Below are positions 16,631 through 24,331 of a DNA stretch of 35,923 nt, piece after piece; the stretch's first letter is position 1, and each line of letters starts with the position of its first letter. The notes under the pieces are model-generated. The model was not told where the DNA came from, ran no database searches, and saw only the letters and a list, made by a program, of their open reading frames with translations. Position numbers and translations under genes: made by a program. This DNA comes from Candidatus Woesearchaeota archaeon (GTDB lineage: Archaea > Nanobdellota > Nanobdellia > SCGC-AAA011-G17 > GW2011-AR20). The stretch covers positions 1 to 35,923 of the forward strand of contig JAGVZB010000020.1 in assembly GCA_018302915.1 (NCBI GenBank). The letters run 5' to 3'.

Positions 16631-17518
16631 TTAATGCACCCAATCTGTCTTTAATTTAGAACCTGATAGATATTGATAAATTGCAAGAGCTGCCTTTGCA
16701 CCCTCCCCTGCTGATATTATCGACTGCTTGAATGGAACTGAAGAGCAATCTCCACACGCATATATTCCTTTTTCAGAAGTCTCACACCTGTCATTGATTA
16801 TTATCTCTCCAATATCATTCAATCCAACAATATCATTCAGGAAAGAATTATCACTTTCAAATCCAATGTTAACAATCACATTATCAACCTTTATCTCCCT
16901 GCCATTATCCAACAATACATGCCTTAATTTATTGTCTCCCTTAAATTCCCTTACATTTGCATTGACAAAATTACAGAATGATTTTACCTCATTGACAAGA
17001 GTCTCATCAGCCTTGAATTCCGAGCGATGAATTATTGTTATTTCACCAGCAATTCCATTTAATTCCCTGGCTGATGTAAATGCAGAATTTCCTGCACCTA
17101 TTATAGCCACTTTCTTGCTCTTGTACCTCTGATAATTAACTATATTATAATCAATACCATTCCCCATGAATTTGTCCTCATTTTCAGCATTCAATATTCT
17201 CGGAGCCTTTCCAAAAGCAAGAAGAACTGTCTTTGCTGAATGATTGTTAACCAAGAAATAATCATCATGCTTTTTTATTTCCTTTACCTTTTCATATTTT
17301 ATTTCAAGGCCTAAAGCTTCAGCCTGCTCCTTGACACTCAATGGAATCTTATAACCCTCTATCTTATCATAACCAGGATAATTAAATATGTACTTAGGCA
17401 AGTTAGTTCTTCCTCCAATATCCAAAGTAATCAATAATGTCTTAAGCTCTTTTCTTCTTAGATAAACTGAAGCTGACAATCCAGCAATACCTCCACCGAC
17501 AATTATGCAGTCATACAT
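16631..17518 (-). CDS. thioredoxin-reductase-like FAD/NAD(P) flavoprotein lacking the redox CxxC
   Basis: FAD GxGxxG YDCIIVGGGIAGLSAS, NAD(P) site VAIIGAGNSAFTSA and GIYACGDCS. The position of the TrxB CATC motif reads GIDYNIVNYQ. Confidence 0.7.
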   Translation of the reverse strand: MYDCIIVGGGIAGLSASVYLRRKELKTLLITLDIGGRTNLPKYIFNYPGYDKIEGYKIPLSVKEQAEALGLEIKYEKVKEIKKHDDYFLVNNHSAKTVLLAFGKAPRILNAENEDKFMGNGIDYNIVNYQRYKSKKVAIIGAGNSAFTSARELNGIAGEITIIHRSEFKADETLVNEVKSFCNFVNANVREFKGDNKLRHVLLDNGREIKVDNVIVNIGFESDNSFLNDIVGLNDIGEIIINDRCETSEKGIYACGDCSSVPFKQSIISAGEGAKAALAIYQYLSGSKLKTDWVH

Positions 17519-17969
17519 TTTTTATTCTCCTGTATTTCGGGACAAAATTCTTTATTTTATCATTGGATGCAAAACCAACGCCATAAAAGTCATCCTTGTG
17601 CTTTATTAGCTTATATCCATTAATTCCCTTGCAATCAAGGTCATAACCTTTCAGCCATTCCCTTATTTCATTATCACCAAGCTCGTGAATATTTTTCGTT
17701 GCTTTCTTTCCTATAATCTGAGAGCCTTCTATAGACAACCTCAAGCCTTTTGAAACATTCAAAAAGTACAAGCCCAACCCGTTTATTCTTAAATCTTTCG
17801 TGTCCAAATCTTTTATTTCCTTTGATATCAGATAAATCTTGTATTTATTATTCATATAAAAAGAGCAGTTCAATTTCAATTCCTTGATGCCATAATACTC
17901 CTTCAGCTCCTTGATTATCTTGTCCGTCTGCTTTTTATTCATGAATTTCATATAATCAATCAGAATCAA
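17511..17969 (-). CDS. NIP7-like / PUA-domain RNA-binding protein (tentative)
   Basis: About 150 aa. Pattern ...IYLISKEI...GLGLYFLNVSKGLRLSIEGSQII...IHELGDNEIREWLKGYDL...DDFYGVGF... resembles the pre-PUA + PUA architecture of archaeal Nip7-type proteins. Confidence 0.4.
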   Translation of the reverse strand: MILIDYMKFMNKKQTDKIIKELKEYYGIKELKLNCSFYMNNKYKIYLISKEIKDLDTKDLRINGLGLYFLNVSKGLRLSIEGSQIIGKKATKNIHELGDNEIREWLKGYDLDCKGINGYKLIKHKDDFYGVGFASNDKIKNFVPKYRRIKNV

Positions 17970-17981
17970 TAATTTTTAAAC

Positions 17982-18248
17982 TTATTCCGGATGCAGTTCA
18001 CACTGCTTTCTCCAATATTCATACTGTTTTTCCTGAAAATCTCTCATATGATCATTTTCTTTAGATATCAAGCTGTCCAATTCCATTTTATTTTGGTAGG
18101 CTCTAATATTATTATTTACCTTCTTTATTACCTCTTCATGAAACAATGCCCCAGCAAGTGCGACAAGTAGTGCTCCACTAATAATCTTCTTAGATATCCT
18201 CACAGCAAGGCTAGGCTGATCATATCTTTCCTGTGTTGCATTATACAT
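17982..18248 (-). CDS. hypothetical membrane-anchored protein
   Basis: 88 aa with one TM segment (IISGALLVALAGALF). Starts 1 nt after the upstream ORF's stop. Confidence 0.45.
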   Translation of the reverse strand: MYNATQERYDQPSLAVRISKKIISGALLVALAGALFHEEVIKKVNNNIRAYQNKMELDSLISKENDHMRDFQEKQYEYWRKQCELHPE

Positions 18249-18249
18249 T

Positions 18250-18450
18250 TTACAGCTTACCCCTTAATCCTTCCTTCCTGGCTTTTTGAGCTTCTTTTTC
18301 AAGATCAACGCCCAAATCCTTCAAGGCTTTTATATGAGCTTGTAATAACTGATCAACAATTGTAATCATCTTTATCAATTCCTGCCTTTCCTTAGCCAAG
18401 GTGCTCACAGCCCCCTTATGGAATCCAATTTGCTCTTCTTTTTGTACCAT
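18250..18450 (-). CDS. hypothetical small coiled-coil protein
   Basis: 66 aa. A GGAGG Shine-Dalgarno lies 7 nt upstream of the ATG. Confidence 0.45.
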   Translation of the reverse strand: MVQKEEQIGFHKGAVSTLAKERQELIKMITIVDQLLQAHIKALKDLGVDLEKEAQKARKEGLRGKL

Positions 18451-18569
18451 CTTATTCCTCCTTTGTTGTTACTAAATAGTAAATATTATTATTTATAAAG
18501 GTTTTGGTTGAAAATAAAAAACTATAAATTTAAAAAGGGTGAAATTACACAAAATTAAGGAGGATTTAA

Positions 18570-18736
18570 ATGGCGGAAGGAACAGTAAAGTTTTTTAACA
18601 CAAAGAAAGGCTTTACTTCGTTCACATCACCGGTTTAGAGCAAGGTGAAAGAATAAACGAAGGCGATAAAGTTTCTTTTGAAGTTGTTAAAGGCGACAGA
18701 GGACCTAAGGCTGAGAAAGTTAGAAAGGTAGAATAA
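18570..18736 (+). pseudogene. cold-shock-domain protein gene with an internal out-of-frame deletion
   Basis: AAGGAGG RBS, then MAEGTVKFFNTKKGF (CSD N-terminus up to the RNP1 start KGF). The frame then breaks at 18615-18616. In the other frame FVHITGLEQGERINEGDKVSFEVVKGDRGPKAEKVRKVE continues (RNP2 FVH onwards). About 11-12 codons (GFI...DV) are missing. 167 nt total, not a multiple of 3. Confidence 0.7.
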
Positions 18737-18800
18737 TTAAAGAGAGATTAAGATAATTTCTTCAGTAAATTATATAAACACTCTTTTGAATTAGTTATAC

Positions 18801-20405
18801 ATGGATGATTTAATACTCAAACATGTCTTATATAATTCCATAAAGTATGACAAGGTTGATGCAAATTCCATCCTAGGGAAGGTTATAGCTGAAAGACCAG
18901 AATCAAAGAACAACATCAAGAGTGTCATCAGGCTGATCAATGAGAAAATAAGGGAAGTAAGCAGATTAAGCCCTGACGAAAGAAAGGAAAAACTTGAGCA
19001 ATATGACTTCAGGAAGAAAGAAGAAAAAAAAGAGCTGGAACTACCTAATGTAAAAGGCAAGGTTATAATGAGATTTGCCCCAAACCCAAACGGGCCAATA
19101 CACATAGGACATGCAAGGCAGGCAATATTAAATTCTTATTTCTGCGAAAAGTACAAAGGAGAATTCATCCTAAGATTTGACGACACTGATGCAAAAATAA
19201 AAACTCCACTAAAAGAGGCATACAAATGGATAGAAGAGGACATAAAATGGCTTGGAATAAAGACAAAAAAAGTCATAAGGCAAAGCTCAAGATTTGATAT
19301 TTATTACAGATATGCAGAGCAACTTATAAAAAAAAATCATGCATATGTCTGCACATGCAAGAATTTTAAGGAGTTAGTAGACAAGAGAATAGAATGCCCC
19401 TGCAGAAGATCAAGCCCTGAAGAAAACATAAGGGAATGGAAATTAATGTTCACAAAATACAAGGAGGGTGACGCTGCCCTAAGGATAAAGACCAACATAA
19501 ACGACAAGAACCCTGCTGTAAGGGAGTGGCCTGCATTCAGGATAATAGACAAAGGAAAACACCCATACAAGAAAGCAAAAGTATGGCCCCTATTGAATTT
19601 TGCCTCTGCAATAGATGACTATGAATTTAAAATCACCAACATTGTAAGGGGCATTGACTTAAGAATAAGCGATGAAAGGCAAGGATACATCTACAAATAT
19701 TTTGGATGGAAATATCCGGAGACAGTTTACACGGGAAAATTACTGTTCAAGAACCTCAAGAGCACCTCCGAAATAAAAAAACTAATCCAGGAAAAGAAAT
19801 TAACCGGATGGGATGACCTAAGGCTTGGAACATTAAAGGCATTAAGAAGAAGAGGCTTCAAGGCAGAAGCCATAAGAAATTTTATCTTAAGCATGGGATT
19901 GAATAGAAATGATGTCAACGTTGACATAAGCAATTTAGAATCATTCAACAAGGACATAATTGACAAGGAAGCTAACAGATATTTTGTTGTTTTTAACCCT
20001 AAGAAAATAAAGATTGATGCTCCTGACATGAATGTAAAAGTCCCCCTGCATCCTGAATTTGAAAGAGGCTTCAGGAATTTCAAGACTAAACAGGAATTTT
20101 ACATTCAGGACACAATTGAAAAAGGAAAATTATACAGGTTCATGCACTTATTCAATTTCAAAGACAATAAATTTGTGAGCAAAGAATTAGACAAGGAAGC
20201 TAAATTAATTCACTGGCTTCCCGTTTCTAAATATCTTGTTAACATAGAAGTTTTAATGGATGACAATTCTACCAGAAAAGGATTTGGGGAGAGCTCACTA
20301 AAAAGGATAAAAGAAAGAACAATAGTACAAGCAGAAAGAAATTTCTTCATGATTCTCGAGAAAAAATTAAAAAACAAACTTATTTTCGTTTACACCCACA
20401 GATAA
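18801..20405 (+). CDS. gltX: glutamate--tRNA ligase (archaeal/eukaryal class I type)
   Basis: HIGH motif RFAPNPNGPIHIGHAR and a GluRS/GlnRS core (ILRFDDTD, RGIDLR). 534 aa. Confidence 0.9.
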   Translation: MDDLILKHVLYNSIKYDKVDANSILGKVIAERPESKNNIKSVIRLINEKIREVSRLSPDERKEKLEQYDFRKKEEKKELELPNVKGKVIMRFAPNPNGPIHIGHARQAILNSYFCEKYKGEFILRFDDTDAKIKTPLKEAYKWIEEDIKWLGIKTKKVIRQSSRFDIYYRYAEQLIKKNHAYVCTCKNFKELVDKRIECPCRRSSPEENIREWKLMFTKYKEGDAALRIKTNINDKNPAVREWPAFRIIDKGKHPYKKAKVWPLLNFASAIDDYEFKITNIVRGIDLRISDERQGYIYKYFGWKYPETVYTGKLLFKNLKSTSEIKKLIQEKKLTGWDDLRLGTLKALRRRGFKAEAIRNFILSMGLNRNDVNVDISNLESFNKDIIDKEANRYFVVFNPKKIKIDAPDMNVKVPLHPEFERGFRNFKTKQEFYIQDTIEKGKLYRFMHLFNFKDNKFVSKELDKEAKLIHWLPVSKYLVNIEVLMDDNSTRKGFGESSLKRIKERTIVQAERNFFMILEKKLKNKLIFVYTHR

Positions 20406-20406
20406 A
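20381..20406 (+). repeat. direct repeat copy 1 (3' end of gltX including the stop codon)
   Basis: TATTTTCGTTTACACCCACAGATAAA. The core GTTTACACCCACAGATAAA (20388-20406) is repeated exactly at 21076-21094. Confidence 0.9.
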
Positions 20407-20435
20407 TTTAAATATATAAATTAAATTATAATAAG

Positions 20436-20736
20436 ATGGAAAAAAGATTAACTGCAAAATCAATCCTAAAAAAGATTGAGGATAATAAAAATAATCTGAT
20501 AAAATGTGAAGTAAAGAGAATAGGCTTATTTGGATCATTTCTAAAAGGAAAGCAGAATGATAAAAGTGATATAGATTTTATAGTTGAATTTAATAAAAGC
20601 ACTTTTGATAATTATATGGATTTAAAATTTTTTTGGAGAAATTATTTCACAAAAAATTTGATTTGGTTACTGAAAAAAGTCTAAAGCCTTCTTTAAAGTA
20701 TATAAAGGAGGAAGCAATTTATGCAAAGAGAGTATA
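20436..20736 (+). pseudogene. minimal nucleotidyltransferase (MNT antitoxin type) with a -1 frameshift in a T7 run
   Basis: IGLFGSFLKGKQNDKSDIDFIVEF NTase motif. After the T-run at 20628-20634 the family-typical C-terminus (LEKLFHKKFDLVTEKSLKPSLKYIKEEAIYA) continues in the +1-shifted frame. The track ORF ends at 20684 in the wrong frame. Confidence 0.65.
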
Positions 20737-21065
20737 AGCTTTATATTGAAGATATACTTAAATCCATAGAGAGTATATAAGATTATACAAAAAATTTTAC
20801 ATATGATAATTTTGCCAGAAATAAACTTGTTGTTAATGGAGTTGTCAGAAACTTAGAAATAATTGGAGAAGCGGTTAAAGAAATCCCTGTTGAAACAAGA
20901 AAAAGGTATAATGAAATAGATTGGAAAAAAGTAATTGGGCTTAGAGATGTAATTACACATAGATATTTTGGTGTTGATACTGACATTATATGGGACATTG
21001 TTAAAAACAAAATTCCTGATCTTAAGTTGTGCATAGTAAAGATTTCTAAAGGATTAAAAAAATAA
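20721..21065 (+). pseudogene. HepT/DUF86 HEPN toxin gene with an in-frame TAA at codon 20
   Basis: MQREYKLYIEDILKSIESI-TAA(20778-20780)-DYTKNF...RNLEIIGEAVKEI...IDWKKVIGLRDVITHRYFGVDTDIIW (Rx4HxY HEPN motif). The start overlaps the reconstructed end of the MNT gene. Confidence 0.7.
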
Positions 21066-21068
21066 AAT

Positions 21069-21094
21069 TGTTTTTGTTTACACCCACAGATAAA
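21069..21094 (+). repeat. direct repeat copy 2 (orphan copy of the gltX 3' end)
   Basis: TGTTTTTGTTTACACCCACAGATAAA has 24/26 identity to 20381-20406 with an exact 19-nt core. It lies 4 nt after the HepT pseudogene stop. Confidence 0.9.
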
Positions 21095-21217
21095 GTTGAT
21101 TTTATATATTCACATTTTAAAATGTCTTATTGGGATCTTTTTCTAATTTAGCATTTATTAACAAAATTGATTTTTAATCACAGATAATTTTAAATAATAT
21201 TCTTTTTAATCAATGCA

Positions 21218-21460
21218 ATGGCAAAGTATAAAATCATTTATGACAGGGATGCATGCATAGGAGCACTTGGATGTTTAGGAGTTACCGAAGAATTGTGGGA
21301 ACTGGCAGATGACGGAAAAGTCAACCTCAAAGGCGCCGTGTTCAATGAAGAAACACAAAAGTGGGAATTGATAATTGATGAAAACGATTTTGACATCGCA
21401 AGAGCTTCCGAAGATGCATGCCCTGTGCAGGCAATAAAAGTTGAGAAAGTTGAAGATTAA
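21218..21460 (+). CDS. small single-cluster ferredoxin (three-Cys, CxxAxxC...CP type)
   Basis: 80 aa. DRDACIGALGCLGV...EDACPVQAIKVE has the mono-cluster ferredoxin layout, with the second Cys of CxxCxxC replaced by Ala. Confidence 0.6.
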   Translation: MAKYKIIYDRDACIGALGCLGVTEELWELADDGKVNLKGAVFNEETQKWELIIDENDFDIARASEDACPVQAIKVEKVED

Positions 21461-22053
21461 ATATTTCTTATAACCTCAATGAATATCTTATTGTCCTTCA
21501 ATGGGACTGTTATGAACTCAAAATTAGATTTATTTCCCTTCCTGTCCCTTAGTGTCCCTTTTGACTTGAATGATTTTTTTATTTCCAAGGTTTTAAATGC
21601 CGTACAGTTTGGGCATACTTTATCATTCTTAGCAAGGATTTCATAGCAGAATTTACCTTTTGAATTTCCTATCTTGCTTTTTAATTTTTCATTCATCCAT
21701 ATAACTTTTTTATCTTCATCTATCACAGATATCCCATCTATCGGGCTGTTCAGCAGGTCCTTTATGTAAGAGCCCATCTTCTTGTCCTTCAACAGATTTC
21801 TTATAGGGGATTCAGACAGCGACCATAACTTTGCCATCCCCACATTCCTGTATTCAACAATCCCATTCTCATTCAGTTTTTCAAGAGATTTTGATACAGT
21901 CCTCCTGTCTTTCTTTAACTTTCTGGAAATATCTGAGGCTGAATAAGAATTTTCCTTCAGCAAAGCAATTATCCTTTCTTCTATCATAGCAATCAAACAA
22001 CCATTTTGTTTATATTCATTTCCATCATATTGATGTACAATATTGTTCCACAA
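21457..22053 (-). CDS. wHTH + PAS-like sensor transcriptional regulator
   Basis: wHTH (SASDISRKLKKDRRTVSKSLEKLNENGIVEY), then a PAS-like region (SPIDGISVIDEDKKVIWMNEKL...GKFCYEILAKNDKVCPNCTAFKT...). The start may be Met23 (21987). Confidence 0.6.
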   Translation of the reverse strand: MWNNIVHQYDGNEYKQNGCLIAMIEERIIALLKENSYSASDISRKLKKDRRTVSKSLEKLNENGIVEYRNVGMAKLWSLSESPIRNLLKDKKMGSYIKDLLNSPIDGISVIDEDKKVIWMNEKLKSKIGNSKGKFCYEILAKNDKVCPNCTAFKTLEIKKSFKSKGTLRDRKGNKSNFEFITVPLKDNKIFIEVIRNI

Positions 22054-22084
22054 TATTTATAAATGTTAAGATTAATTTGATTTT

Positions 22085-23263
22085 ATGGAAATCTATCTTG
22101 ATCATGCTGCAACAACCTATGTAGATGAAAGAGTAAAGGAATCCATGGACAAGTATTTCTCAGATGAATACGGAAATCCCGGAAGCTTCAACACAGTAGG
22201 ATTAAGGGCAAAGAATGCAATGGATGAATCAAGGGAAACAATATCAAAAATATTAAACTGCACTCCTCAGGAAATAATTTTCACAGGCTCCGGAACTGAA
22301 AGCATTAACCTGGCAATAAAAGGATTTGTCAGAGCAAATAAAAGCAAGGGAAATCATATTATAACACAAAAAACAGAGCACGAGGCCGTACTAGAAACAT
22401 GCCATTACCTGGAAAAAGAAGAAGGTCTTAAAGTAACTTATTTAGACGTTGATGAATTTGGTCTTATTAAATTAGATGAACTGGAAAAAGAAATAACAAA
22501 AGAGACAATACTGGTTTCCATAATGTATGCAAACAATGAGATTGGGACTGTCCAGAACATAAAAGAAATCTCTGAAATATGCAAAAAACATAAAATAAAA
22601 TTCCATACTGATGCATGCCAGGCTGCTGGCTATTTAGACATTAATGTTCAAAATTTAGGAATTGACCTAATGAGCCTTAATGGAAGCAAGCTATATGGGC
22701 CTAAAGGAATTGGACTGCTGTATGTTAAAAAGGGAACCATGCTAAAACCAATAATTCACGGCGGCGGACAGGAATTTGGATTAAGATCCGGAACTGAGAA
22801 TATACCTTACATTGTAGGATTTGCAAAAGCATTGGAAATTGCACAAAGGGAAAAAGATGTTGAAGTCATGAGATTAATTAATTTAAGGGATTACTTGATT
22901 AATAATGTTCTTGAAAATATCCCAAAGACATTCCTAAACGGACATCCTTCAAGCAGACTCCCAAATAATGCAAACATAACTTTCCTTGATGTCGAAGGAG
23001 AGGCAATAATGCTCATGATGAATGAATATGGCATATGCGCTTCTTCAGGATCAGCATGCACATCAAAATCACTTGATCCTAGCCATGTTATCCTGGCAAT
23101 AGGACTACCTTATGAAGCTGCACATGGCAGCATAAGATTCACATTAGGGAAAAAAACAACCAAGGAAGGCATTGACAAACTGCTGAAAGTACTACCTGGA
23201 ATCATAGAATACTTAAGACAGGTAAGCCCTGTTAATTTAAGCCTTAAGGATATGGGAAAATGA
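22085..23263 (+). CDS. iscS: cysteine desulfurase (NifS/IscS, class V aminotransferase)
   Basis: HTDACQA, PLP-Lys region SLNGSKLYGPKGIGLLYV and active-site loop SSGSACTS. 392 aa. Confidence 0.9.
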   Translation: MEIYLDHAATTYVDERVKESMDKYFSDEYGNPGSFNTVGLRAKNAMDESRETISKILNCTPQEIIFTGSGTESINLAIKGFVRANKSKGNHIITQKTEHEAVLETCHYLEKEEGLKVTYLDVDEFGLIKLDELEKEITKETILVSIMYANNEIGTVQNIKEISEICKKHKIKFHTDACQAAGYLDINVQNLGIDLMSLNGSKLYGPKGIGLLYVKKGTMLKPIIHGGGQEFGLRSGTENIPYIVGFAKALEIAQREKDVEVMRLINLRDYLINNVLENIPKTFLNGHPSSRLPNNANITFLDVEGEAIMLMMNEYGICASSGSACTSKSLDPSHVILAIGLPYEAAHGSIRFTLGKKTTKEGIDKLLKVLPGIIEYLRQVSPVNLSLKDMGK

Positions 23264-23904
23264 ATGTTGGAGATGTAAAATCATATGATAATACAAGCTG
23301 GTTTTATACTGACACAGTCAAAGATCATTTCTTTAATCCAAGAAATCTTGTTAAAAAAGATAATGAAATTGAAGTAAAGGATTTCAATGGGATTGGCAGC
23401 GTCGGAAGCCCGGCCTGCGGTGATCAAATGTCTGTATGGCTAAAAATTGATAAGAATGAAACAATAAAAGAGTGTAGATGGAGATGCTTCGGATGTGCTT
23501 CAGCAATAGCTTCAACATCAATGCTGAGTGTGATAGTTACCGAGAATGATGGAATGAAGATTGAAGATGCCATGAAAATAAAACCACAGGACATCAACAA
23601 AAGACTGGATGGATTGCCAACAAGAAAATTCCACTGTTCTGTACTAGGAGACAAAGCATTGAGGGCTGCAATAAATGATTATTTCAGAAGAACAGGACAG
23701 AATGACAGAATGGTCATTGAAGGTGCAAAGATTATTGATAAAATATTAAAAATAACTGATAAGGACATTGAAGAAGCTGTATTGGATGGAGCAGACACTT
23801 TCGAAAAAGTCCAGCAAAAGACCAAAGTTGGAATTAAGGACAAGACATGCATCCCTGAAGTTGAGCAGCTGATAAGATTCTACAAGGAAAAGTATTTTGG
23901 ATAA
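23260..23904 (+). CDS. iscU: NifU/IscU-type Fe-S cluster scaffold with a C-terminal extension
   Basis: Three scaffold cysteines in GSPACGDQM, CFGCASAIAS and FHCSVLGDKAL. Start overlaps the iscS stop (ATGA). Confidence 0.85.
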   Translation: MNVGDVKSYDNTSWFYTDTVKDHFFNPRNLVKKDNEIEVKDFNGIGSVGSPACGDQMSVWLKIDKNETIKECRWRCFGCASAIASTSMLSVIVTENDGMKIEDAMKIKPQDINKRLDGLPTRKFHCSVLGDKALRAAINDYFRRTGQNDRMVIEGAKIIDKILKITDKDIEEAVLDGADTFEKVQQKTKVGIKDKTCIPEVEQLIRFYKEKYFG

Positions 23905-24181
23905 CCCCTTAATTTTTGGCTCTACTGCCAAAGGAACTTTTAGAAAAAAAAGTGATATAGATATTCTGCTTGTATTTAACAAGAAGGAAATGAAAGATGC
24001 CAAATTAAAAAGAGATATAGAAGCCATTACAGGTGTTAAAATACAAATATTTATAATAGATCTATATTATTTTAAATAACAAGTACTAAAAGAAGAAGAT
24101 AAAATTATAACCCATGCAATAAAAACAGGATTTGTAATGATGGGATTTGATAAATTTTACAAAGAGGTATTAAATGGCTAA
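23897..24181 (+). pseudogene. 5'-truncated nucleotidyltransferase remnant with an internal stop
   Basis: LIFGSTAKGTFRKKSDIDILLVF... parallels the NTase core of 11760..12281 but lacks the wHTH and N-terminus. An in-frame TAA lies at 24077-24079. After it, ...THAIKTGFVMMGF matches the C-terminus NGFILGGY of the intact paralog. Confidence 0.6.
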
Positions 24182-24331
24182 AGAAATTTGGGAGATCTGG
24201 CTTGAAAATAAAAAAAGAAGAAGTTTTATATTATATTGAAGCAAAAACAAAAAGAACAAAAGCAAGTTATTCAACGCAGAAAATTTGAGAATAAAATCAA
24301 TAAATTTTATAAATAAAATAAAAGAGATAAA

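Noticed and set aside
20778-20780. In-frame TAA codons in the HepT (20778) and nucleotidyltransferase remnant (24077) genes as possible stop-codon reassignment.
   Set aside because: TAA terminates most confidently identified genes here (pheS, pheT, gltX, gatE, ftsZ, uppP and others). Pseudogenisation is therefore the simpler explanation.
24174-24239. Calling the 21-codon ORF MAKEIWEIWLENKKRRSFILY a gene.
   Set aside because: It is too short and terminates early. I treat it only as a probable HEPN-partner remnant of the decayed cassette.
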